This document shows, in pieces, positions 52,301 to 62,614 of a stretch of 64,000 nucleotides of DNA. Each line of letters begins with the position of its first letter. Position 1 is the stretch's first letter. The translations under genes and the position numbers were made by a program. Under the pieces are notes generated by a model. It was not told the origin of the DNA. It ran no database searches and was given only the letters and a program-made list of their open reading frames with translations. Source of the stretch: Mobula hypostoma (lineage: Eukaryota); NCBI RefSeq assembly GCF_963921235.1, contig NC_086097.1, forward strand, positions 242,670,001 through 242,734,000. The letters run 5' to 3'.

Positions 52301-54420
52301 TAGAATTCAATTCCGGCAGCTGATTTGTCTTCAGAGCAGTCAGGTTACAATAAACTTCGGGTATGGCATCATCAGAAGCCCCAATTGATCCACTGCTCGA
52401 TCCGGCCTCTCCTTTTCCTCTGCATTCACGGTGATGGTAAACTGTCACATGGCCGTCACCCCAGGGGCAGGAATGCCCTCCCACTCCTCGTCCCTGTCCA
52501 GTCCCTCATACGCCCGTCAGGACAAAGCAACAGCATCAATGTTCCAGCTCCCTGGCCGGTGCTTCAGGCTTAAATCATAGGCAGACAACACTGCCAACCA
52601 CCGATGGCCTTTGGCATCCAGTTTCGCCGAGGTCAGGATGTAAGTTAGGGGCTTGTTGTCCGTCCTCACCTCAAACTTGGCCTCGTAGAAATAGTCACTC
52701 AGCTTATCCACCACCGCCCATTTCAACGCCAGGAATTCCAAATTGTGTGTGGGATAGTTTCTCTTGGAGAGTGACAGACTCCAGCTGACAAATGTCACAG
52801 GCCTCAATCCAGTGCCCTGATCCTGATACAGGACGCCCCCTAAACCCTCTCGGCTGGCACCTGTGTGTAGTACATACGGCAATCGGGGGTCCACAAACGC
52901 CAGTACCAGTGCCTGGGTCAGTAGCTCCTTCAGCGACTGAAAAGCCTACTCACATTTTACATCCCACCTCTGTCCAAAGGGCTCCAACGGGTTTAGATAT
53001 TCTCCACCCTCCTGTCCTTTTTTCTCGTCCCTTTCTTCCCCAAGGGAGGGTAACCACAAAGAAGCTGATTCAAGAGGTGACTCACTTTTGCGTAGCCCTT
53101 CACGAATCTCCGATAATAACCACAAAACCTGAGGAATGAGCGCAGAGCGCTCACAGTCTGAGGCCTTGGCCAAGTGGTCACCGCTTCTATCTTAGCCGGG
53201 TCTGTAGCTACTCCAGCCGTAAGATTATGTGTCCGACATAACTAACATATATTTTGCAGAACTGGCACTTGTCAGGGAAAGTTTTAACCCTTCAGCTTTC
53301 AGGTGGCCGAGGACCTTCAGTAGCCTCGCTTCATGTTCTTCCAAGGTGGATCCAAATATTATGAGGTCATTCAAATACACCAACACCTCACACAAAATGC
53401 GGGTAGAACGCAGCAGGCCAGGCACCCAAAGCAAGTTCATATCCCTCACCGTCTTCTTCATGACCTGATGGAAGGTTGCCGAGGCTCCTGATATGCCCTG
53501 GGGCATCCTTTCGAACTGGAAGAATCCCAGGGGACATATAAATGCCGTCTTCTCTTTGCCAGCCTCACTCATGGGGATCTGGTAATAGCCACTCCTCAAG
53601 TCCAGCACACTAAACGACTTTGCACCACTCAGACAAGCCAGCGTGTCTTCGTCACTTGGGACCGTATACTGGTCAGGGATGATGTGCCTGTTCAGAATCC
53701 TATAGTCCACACACATGTGTACCTTCCCGTTCTTCTTCCGGGCCACTACTATTGGGGACGCATTGGGGCTTCGGGACTCAGTGATGATCCCAGCTTCCTT
53801 CAACTTACACAAATGCTGCTGCACGTCTTCCACATCTGCAGGGGCCAGTCGCTGCGACCTCTCTCTAAATGGAGTGTCCTCGGTCACCCGGATAATGCGA
53901 CGAGTGCTCTTGGAACAACCCACATCAAACTCACCAATGGAAAAGACAACATCTTCTCCACCAGCCTTCTCCTTGCAGGCCCCCATGAGCCGTCTCACAA
54001 GAGACTTCTGGTCCCCACCAGAATTGAAACTCCGCTTGTCTCAACAGGGTCCGGACAAACCAACACTAGTGTATCCAGGACCTCAGACACTCCCACATCG
54101 GCCTCCGAGAACTCCAACTTCACTGACAAATAACCATCATATGGATAATCACCAGCACTGAGACCCCAAATCTCCAATGCGCTGAATGGTGTCAAGGGTA
54201 AATGCTTCAGATACCGGTTGTAAAACGAACGGTACAGTAACGTGACTTGCGACCTGGTGTCGAGTATGGCTTTAGAGTAAATACTCTCCATTTGTAGCGA
54301 CACACTGGAGCGTGGTCCCACTAAGCCTTCAGGAATAGGATCTTTTGCTTTAGGGAGTTCCTTGGTACATTGCTGGGAACGTGTTCCCCCAGAGACACCA
54401 GGCCATTCCCTCACTGGGTC
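52300..54420 (-). pseudogene. Disrupted pol (protease, RT, RNase H)
   Basis: [24 protein letters not shown]...CVDYR...LDLRSGYYQIPM...YLNDLII; RH LHTGASREGLGGVLYQ...LEFLALKWAV...RTDNKPL. Several frameshifts, and catalytic motifs are mutated. Confidence 0.9.
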
Positions 54421-54429
54421 TCCTCTAGG

Positions 54430-55560
54430 TTTTCCCAGCGACTCTCCCTGCTGAGGTACCCGGGGGCTCACTCTCCTTCTGGCGTGACACCTGCTGCCAG
54501 CAGCCCTCCGCATTGTTCTTCCCCTTGGGGAATCCGCCCCCCCATCAGCTCCATCATGTGCTGGGGGGTCACACCCGGTGATAACAGCCGACGTATCTCT
54601 GTTCTCAACTCTGCCACAATCTCCTCTGCCACTCCCCGGGGTAGGCTATCTGTGGTCATTTCACCACAGGGGACTACTACCGAGGACTGTATCCTGCTGA
54701 CGGAGTCCTCTCACGCCTTTGACGCGTTCTCCTCCTCCCGCACCTCTCTGATCAGCTTAACAAAAGATGGAGGGGGCGCGTCTTACGAGACTGTCGGAGA
54801 CCCCACGCAATCTGGTCATGGGACTGGGCGCCCCTGGCTATCTGGTCCACTCTGAACTGATCCACCTCAGCCACCTGAATGACCCCTCTGCGCTGCAAGC
54901 AATTTAGCTGCCTCTCTGGCTGAAAAATAAAAGCAGAAAGCTTCTCCCCTTTCTCCTGATGCATGCTTTGAAACCCCAGCAGGAGCTCCACTGGGCTTCC
55001 TGTCAGGCCAAAAGCATTGTTCAGGGCTTTCAGATAATTGACAGCTGTCGCTACAGGATAATTTAACCTGACAGTTCTGATAACGTCAGTGGCCTGCCCA
55101 TTCAAACTTCCAACCAATCTCTGTCGTTTTTCACCATCCGAACACTGCCACTCATCCAACAACTGAGAAATCCGCTCTGCCCAAGTCTCATACTCCTCCT
55201 CCCCTTTAGGGCTGGGCATTATTCCAGAGAATAGGCGGAGCCTGCCATAGCCAGGACTTTGAATCTGATCTTTCCATTTATTCACCAGAGAAGTAAGGGC
55301 GGATACTACCTCAGAATTCTCACTCTTCACCTGGGGACGTGGACTAATTAGACATTCCAAATTCGACCACTCTTTCCCCTCACTCCTCAGAAATGAGAGA
55401 ACCTGTCTTTGAAATCTCCACCCTCCCAGCTACCTCAGCGCTGGTCTGCATCAAAATGAGAGCTGTGCCCGCCATTTTATCAAACCTCCGTTCACAATTG
55501 CAACTTTAACAGTACTTAACAGTGGAATTAACAATTCATCTGGAGTGCAAATATCTGCAC
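54430..55560 (-). pseudogene. Frameshifted gag with PNMA-like capsid domain
   Basis: ORF piece 54752-55360: YGRLRLFSG...GEEEYETWAE...EWQCSDGEKRQRLVGSLNGQA...YLKALNNAFG...QEKGEKLSAFI resembles the PNMA-family capsid region. Confidence 0.8.
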
Positions 55561-55606
55561 CACTGGTTCATTGCTCAGGGTAATCACACAGCATCCAACG
55601 GAATCA

Positions 55607-55625
55607 ATCCCGAACGTAGCCCCCA
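55607..55625 (-). promoter_or_regulatory. Primer binding site, tRNA-Pro-like
   Basis: TGGGGGCTACGTTCGGGAT, 4 nt inside the 5' LTR boundary, versus canonical tRNA-Pro PBS TGGGGGCTCGTCCGGGAT. Confidence 0.75.
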
Positions 55626-55629
55626 CAAT

Positions 55630-56049
55630 TGTAACACTCACTTCGCTTAGCGGCTTAATATAGGGAGTGATAACCCCCTGCCCGGCCAAACTTAAGAAAT
55701 GTCGATTGGGTGAATGCTGCACGATGTGTCCCCTGTTACAAATCAGTACCCCGAAACAACAACCTCTACACAATATGTGATTAAATTATTAAGCTCTCCA
55801 TTCGCGTCTTCTCTCTTCATCTTTCTCTCTCTCTTTCTCTCTCTCGCTCTCTGGCAAAAGCCCACGAAATCAACTGCTTCCAGATTCACAAGACAGGGCA
55901 ACAAAACTCTGATTGGCTAACATGCAGCCACAGTCCTGTTATCTCCAGCCATAATCCAAACATTGTTGCTACAGAGAAACCGTTACCTCAGCAGTGAACA
56001 TTATAAAGAAAACCATTATATTAGCAGTGAAAACTTACAGTGCGTTACA
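55630..56049 (-). mobile_element. 5' LTR of the Gypsy element (internally deleted)
   Basis: TGTAACACTCACTTCGCTTAGCGGCTTAATATAGGG matches the start at 51903; ends GTTACA. Confidence 0.85.
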
Positions 56050-57754
56050 TTTGTAACTGCATTGATATGCTGGGCCCAGGATAGATTCTCAGGGATATTG
56101 ACACCCAGGAAATTGCAATTGCCCACTCTTTCCACTTTTGATCCCTCTATAGGGTGTGTGTTCCCTCATCTTATCCTTTCTGAAGTCCACAATCAGTTCT
56201 TTGGCCTTACTGATGTTGAATGCAAGGTTGTTGCTGTGGCACCACTTGACTGGCTAATATGCTAGCTGACTAGCTCACTCCTGTACATCTTCTCACCACC
56301 ATCTAAAATTCTGCCAACAGTAAATGTCCTGAATTGAATTGACTTTATTTCTTACATCCTTCACATACATGAGGAGTAAAAAGCTTTACGCTATGTCTCC
56401 GTCTAAATGTGCAATGTGCAATCTGAGTAATTTATAATAATTTATAACAAATAGAGCAGTCAATGTACATAGAAATACACTCAAATCAGCATGAGTTAAT
56501 CAGTCTGACGGCCTGGTGGAAGAAACTGTTTTTAAGGTCAAAAGGTGAAAAAACAAATTGTTATTTTTTAAATTTAGAGATACAACGCAAAACAGGCCCT
56601 TCTAAACCAACAAGTGGTTCCACCTATTTAACCCTAGTCTAATCACAGGAAAATTTACAATGACCGATTAACCTACTAACCAGCAAGCTTTTAGACTGTT
56701 GGAGGAAACCAGAGCACTCGGAGTAAACCCACGTGCTCGCCAGAAGGACATACAATTTGATTTCCTACAGAGGTCACCAGAATTAAACTCCAGACTCCGA
56801 CACCCCAAGCTGAAATAGTGTCGCACTAACCACTATGCTACTGTGGTGCTCCATGGTACAGCGAGATTAAATCTCGCTGAATCTGCTTCAGTATCTCCAA
56901 GTTTCAGAGTGATATTTTGTTTTGTACATGATCACATAAAGATCAAAGTCAAAGATTGAAGTATATCTATGTCAGCACATAGAACCCTGAGATTCATTTT
57001 CTTGCAGGATTTCACAGTACAACAGAGAAATACAATAGAATCAATGAAAAATGAGCCCTTGAAAATGAGTCTGTAGGTTGTGGAATCAGTTCAGTGTTGA
57101 GGTGAGTGAAGCTATCCACACTGGTTCAGGGGCCTGATGGTTGAAGGGTAATAACTGTCCCTGAACCTGATGTTGTGGGACTCAAGGTTTCTGTACCTCC
57201 TTCCCCACGTAAGCAGGGAGAAGAGAGCATGACCTGGTTAGTGGGCCCTTTGAAGATGGATGCTCTTTCTTGTGGTAGCACTCCTTGTAGGTATGCTCAA
57301 TAGCGGAGAGGACTTTGCCCCTCCTTTCTGAGACAAGCAAATTTTAACATCCATTTAAACTGTTTTATTTACACCTTTATGTCAGTAGATCATTTTATTT
57401 TTAGGCATGAAGACAGCTGCTAAGAAGGCGAGATGGCATATTATGAATCATTAGGTCAGGAGCAGCAATCTCGAGTCACTTTCACCAATTAATTAAAGCA
57501 TGAGAGCATTGACTCACTAGGTAGTGAGGCAAGTAAATTATGTCCTGTTTGATGTGCTCGATTTGACTTGCCTCTGTGCTGAACTGAGGCTGTGGCCCAC
57601 AACCCACTGGCTCCTGGATCGGCTGGGACTGGCTTCATAGATGTAGACTCACTTTCGTGAACTTTAGTACCAAATGTTATTTGCTTACTTTTATTGTTTG
57701 CATGCGTTGTTTGTCTCTGCTCATTGGGTGCTCGATGGTATTTTTTTTAATGGG

Positions 57755-58760
57755 TTCAAAGTTTCAAAGTGCAATTATTATCAAAGAATGTTGAAATTAT
57801 ACAACCTTGAGATGAGGTTGCTTACAGGCAGTTGCAAAGCCAGGAACCTGAAAGAATCCAATAAAAAAAAGACCAGCCCCTCCCCCCCAGTGCCCACAGA
57901 GAAAGAGAAAAATGAACACAAAATAAACCATAAAGACAACAGAAGCAAGCAACAACAACAGCATTCCAAACCAAATTGAGTCCTTAGATACAAATTTCCG
58001 GAGCAGCCCAGAGTAGGCCCAAAGCCTTGGTATTCAGTTCATCATATTAGCAGGGCAAGTCTCCGCAAAGTTCACAGACATGAAGCACAGCAGCCAGGGG
58101 TAGTCTCACAAGAGTTGCGGAGAGAGGAGCCTCCAGACAATCGGGGCCAACCTTGCACTAGGACCCTGGCCCCACTGCAGTGAATCGCTGTGGGCCTAGA
58201 CTTTGCTGCCCAAGGAGTGGTTCTCGAGCTCTCCAAATAGGCTTGGCACCCAGAGCGATCCAACCTCATCCAACTCTCCAACACCCTGCCTTCCAGTCTA
58301 TCTGGGCCGGCATTTTGATTGTCCAACAGCGGATTGTACCTCGCATTAGGACCCAGGCCTCACTGTGGCGAATTGCTCTGGGCATCGAATACGCCACCCA
58401 ACGATTCACTTTGGACCTGGATTTTGCGGGCAAAGAAGCCGCCCACAACCTCTCCAATTCAGCTTGGCGTTTAGAGTGATCCACTCTTATACCCATCGGA
58501 ACTCCATGGTCCTGTTTTTCTCCCCTCCAAATCCTTCACTCCAACCAACATGTCTCCAACTCCAAGTGTGTGATTCTGCAGCGCACCAGCAGGGCACATC
58601 CCACGCATTCGCTTTGCCTTCACTCGCTTCTTCATTGCTTGCGATGATCGTTTACCACAATTTCATAACAAAGGCGATATTAATAATTGTTTTAATTGAA
58701 TTCCTTTGCTTTCAAACTACAGTGAGCTATTGCAGGTCTTTGCTAGTGTCATCTTAAACT
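57755..58760 (-). mobile_element. ~1-kb non-autonomous LINE-tailed element (second copy ~31120-31955)
   Basis: Both copies share GGAGCAGCCCAGAGTAGGCCCAAAGCC and begin AGTTTAAGATG(G/A)CAC on minus. Confidence 0.65.
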
Positions 58761-59419
58761 GAAGGGTTCTATAGGGTTTCCTTGTTTCGTGGCTGCCTGG
58801 AAGGAGCCAGATCTCAAGGTTGTGTATAATATACATACTTCGATAATAAATGTACTTTGAACTTTGAACTTCCAGCATTCTCATTTGTGCTGGTGCAATC
58901 TTTTCTGCAGAAACAGTAACGGACACAGAGCCACAAGTAAATATTGCGTAAAATCAAAAATGCCGGAAATGTTCAGAATGAAAGTCTGCACCTATGGAAA
59001 GAGCAACAGTGATTATATTTCAGGCTAAAGAATCTTTCTCAGAACTGGAGTAGACTGAGAAAAGGGTGAGTTTTAAGTTACAGTAAGACTGAGGAAGGGA
59101 TATCTCAAAGAAATGCCTTTGATCATTGAGACCAGGTTAGCAGTAGTAATCGATAGACAATAGACAATAGGTGCAGGAGTAGGCCATTCAGCCCTTCGAG
59201 CCAGCATCGCCATTCACTGTGATCATGGCTGATCATCCACAATCAGTACCCTTTTCCTGCCTTCTCCCCATATCCCTTGACTCCACTATCTTTAAGAGCT
59301 CTATCTCTTTCTTGAAAGAATCTAGAGAATTGGCATTAATTAATTAATCGATTACTAAGGGCAGTTTCAGAGTGTGAAAGCCGGCAAAGAAACTTAAGAG
59401 CTGTGAGATCTTTGAGAGA

Positions 59420-59670
59420 GGCAGCATGGTAGCACTGTGGTTAGCACAGTACCAGTGACCTGGGTTCAATTCCCACTGCCACCTGTAAAGAGTTTGTACA
59501 TTCTTCCTGTGACTGTACGAGTTTCTTTCGGGTGCTCCAATTTTCTCCCACAGTCCAAAGATGCACCGGTTGGTAGGAAATTGGTCCCTGTAAGTTGCCC
59601 TGTGATGAGGCTAGGATTGCTCAGCAGCCTGGATCGAAGGGCCGGAAGGGACTACTCTCTAAAAAATCAA
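59420..59670 (+). mobile_element. V-SINE (HE1-like); other copies ~2185-2400, 23585-23780, 26630-26770, 27900-28070, 39545-39770, 56575-56850 (minus) and 61700-61850 (plus)
   Basis: tRNA-like head (GGTTCAATTCC) followed by the V-domain GAGTTTGTACATTCT...GGGTGCTCC..TTT.CTCCCACAGTCCAAAGA. Confidence 0.75.
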
Positions 59671-60110
59671 TTAAAACTTGCAGAGTTCCATTCACTAACA
59701 ACCAATCGAACCTGCTGACAAGATTTGGCAAACACACAATCTGCTGCAAGAACTCGGTGGGTCGAGGAGCGTCATACAGGGGAAAGGAATTGTTAACATT
59801 TCAGGCTGAACTCCTGTGTCATGACTGAGATTGGAGAGGTGAGGGGACTAGCTCAGGGAGGAGAAGGGGAGTGGCAAGGGAAGTCTGTGAGGTAACTGAG
59901 GGGGGTTCTAGGCACTCCTTTACTCGAAGTTCAAAGTAAGTTAATTATCAAAGTACATATACATATACATATACTCTCTGCTGGCCATCTCACATCTCCA
60001 CTCACAGTGCTGATGCAGGGTTTTGGCTTGAAACGTCAACAATTTCTTTCCTTTCGATGATCAGCTTGACCCGCCAAGTTCCTCCAGCAGGCTGTGTGTA
60101 GTCTCCTGTG

Positions 60111-60203
60111 CAGACATCCCACCCTGCAAAAACTCATGTCAGGGAGGTAGCACCATCAATTTGCAGGAGACTCCCGGAACTTCTAGGAGAGGTGGGATGT
60201 CTG
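60111..60203. mobile_element. 93-bp MITE with 13-bp TIRs and a 6-bp TSD
   Basis: CAGACATCCCACC / GGTGGGATGTCTG, flanked on both sides by CCTGTG. Confidence 0.75.
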
Positions 60204-60469
60204 CCTGTGTCTCCATTGTTGTTTGGCAAACTGGTCTCCACCTCTCAGAGGCCACATGGCGGCTCCTAAGCACCTCCTCTGGACCATGAACCTACCACTG
60301 ATTTTCAGTCTACGAAAGGATCACGGTCTTCATTTTCTCCTGAGAACTACTCTCCACAGTTCATGCCCTTGTAGTCCCCGTCTTGCTCAGGACCATTACG
60401 CAGGACCGTCCAGGCAGAACCAGTGACCAGTGTTTCACCTATTCTTGCCCCACCAAGCACTTTCCTGGG

Positions 60470-61010
60470 TTCAAAGTGCTGGAGGAACTCAGCAGGTCAG
60501 GCAGCATCCATGGATGGAACTAACAGTCGGTGTTTCAGGCTGAGACCCTTCATCAGGACTGGAAAAACAAGAGTAAGAAGGAGAGATGGGGAGGGGACGA
60601 AGAAGCACAAGGTGGCAGGTGATAGGTGGAACCAGGTGAGGGGAAGGGAGTGAAGTAAAGAGCTGGGAAGTTGATTGGTGAAAGAGATAAAGGGCTGGAG
60701 GAGAGGGAATCTGATAGGAGAGGACAGAAGGCCATGGAAGAAAGGGGAGGGAGAGAAGGACCAGAAGGAGGTGAATAGATGAGGTGAGAGAGGGAAACAG
60801 GAAAGAGGAATGGGGAAGGAGAAGGTGGGGCAATTACCGGATAGATGTTCATGCCATCAGGTTGGAGGCTACTTAGACAGAATACAAGGTGTTGCTCCTC
60901 CAGCCTGAGTGTGGCTTCATCGCAGCACTAGAGGAGGCTGTGGACTGAAATGGGGAAACAGGTAGTCAGTACTTCAGGCTGAGACCCTTCATCAGAATCG
61001 AAATGTCGAC
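60470..61010 (-). mobile_element. Penelope 3' end with degenerate hammerheads
   Basis: EN C-terminal remnant at ~60840-60940; motif at 60525-60560 with stem III mutated (GAAACACC). Confidence 0.75.
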
Positions 61011-62099
61011 CATTGGACATTTGTGTTTCCATACTAGGTCGGGACGCATTCTATCAGGATACCAGGGAATAAAAACCTAACCTGGCAAACTTCTGTCCAT
61101 AACTCAGCGACTCTAGTCCTGGCAACTGCCTTGTAAATAATTTTCTGTCTTTATTTTAGACTTCCAGCGTCCTGTTTTATTTTAATTTTCAATTACAAGT
61201 CATAATCAATCCCAGGATTACTGGTGGTTGCAGATTGGGAAAAGTATGACATACCTTTCCAAGAAATACAAGAAAAGAATTATGTTACTATTAGTTCAGC
61301 AAGGGTGTGGTTGAAAGTAGTGGTGTGATGGGTGTAGCATGGTAAATGGTTGAATGATCTCACTTATTCAGGAGAAGTAAAAATCTTCTGAACTTGACAT
61401 GTATTTATACATATAACACATAAAAGATTATTTAAACAAGTTAGAATACAATATGTAGAAGATTACTCAAATATTACTGAAATATTAAATACACAACAAG
61501 TACAGGATGTTCTCACTGTGACTGTGCAGGTGTTACCTCTGGGGCTCCAGTTTCTTCCCACACTCTGCTAGTTTTACACGTTGTTGAAATTATGCTCAGG
61601 TTTCTGCACACGCTTAGTAGTTTAGAATAAGCACAATTAAACAATATAATCAGACGTAAATGTTTATCGACTGGAATATGGACACACGCAAGTGTTACAA
61701 TAGCGTGGCGGTCGGCGTAACGCTATTACAGTACCGGCGATCTGGGTTCAATTCCTTCTGCTGTCTGTAATGAGTTTCCCGATACTTCCCGTGACCGCAC
61801 TGGTTTCCTCCGGGTGCCCCAATTTCCTCCCAGGTTCCAAAAACACTGGAAACATGGCCACACATGCAGGCTGTCCCAAGCACACTTTAGTAAGGCTTTT
61901 GATATAGACCAATACATTAGACCAGTCCTACTGAAGGGTCTTTGTCTAAAATGTCGACTGTTTATTCCTTTCCATCGATGCTGCCTGACCTGCTGAGTTC
62001 CTCCTGTGCTTTGTGCGTGTTAGTTTGAGGTGAGATCAGTATGGGAATACAGGAGCAGTAAACCTGCTACCTGCACCAATTTGTGTGATGGGAAGGTTA

Positions 62100-62610
62100 G
62101 AACAATGGAATTCAGGATGAGTTAACAAATTAGATATAAAATTACCACAGTGGTTGGAACCAAAGGGTGCTATCGAAGGATTCTTTTTCATACTAGTGAC
62201 CTGTGACCAGTGGTGTGCCTCAGGGACAGGTCCTGGGCCCTCTGCTTGCCATATGTCTTCATGGCCTGGATGAGAATGGAAGTGGGCTGATTAATAAGTT
62301 TGCAGATGATACCAAAATAGATGGTAATGTGGCCAATAAAGAAGGTTGTCCAAAATTACCAAGAGTTGGATTAAGTGGGCAGGGTGGAATTGATGGCTTT
62401 GCTGCAAAATTTGCAGACAATATGAAGATATATGGAGAGGCAGGTAGATTTGAGGAAGTAGAGAGGCTACAGAACGACATAGACAGATTTGGAGAATGGG
62501 CAAAGAAATGGCACAGTGATGGGAAGCGTATGGACATGCACTTTGGTAGAAGAAACGGAAGGGTTGACTATTTTCCAAATGGAGAGAAAATACAAGAAAC
62601 TTATATACAA
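62100..62610 (+). mobile_element. Two fused degenerate CR1 RT fragments
   Basis: GVPQGQVLGP...FADDTKI followed by a second FAAKFADNMKI block. Confidence 0.75.
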
Positions 62611-62614
62611 AAGG

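Larger units (their letters stand above)
51903..56049 (-). mobile_element. Decayed Gypsy/Metaviridae LTR retrotransposon (PNMA-like gag, PR, RT, RNase H; integrase deleted)
   Basis: TGTAAC...GTTACA termini; 4-bp TSD TTTG (51899-51902 / 56050-56053); two related LTRs (51903-~52300 and 55630-56049); PBS present; gag-PR-RT-RH order on minus; interrupts a Rex/Babar-type LINE fragment. Confidence 0.92.
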
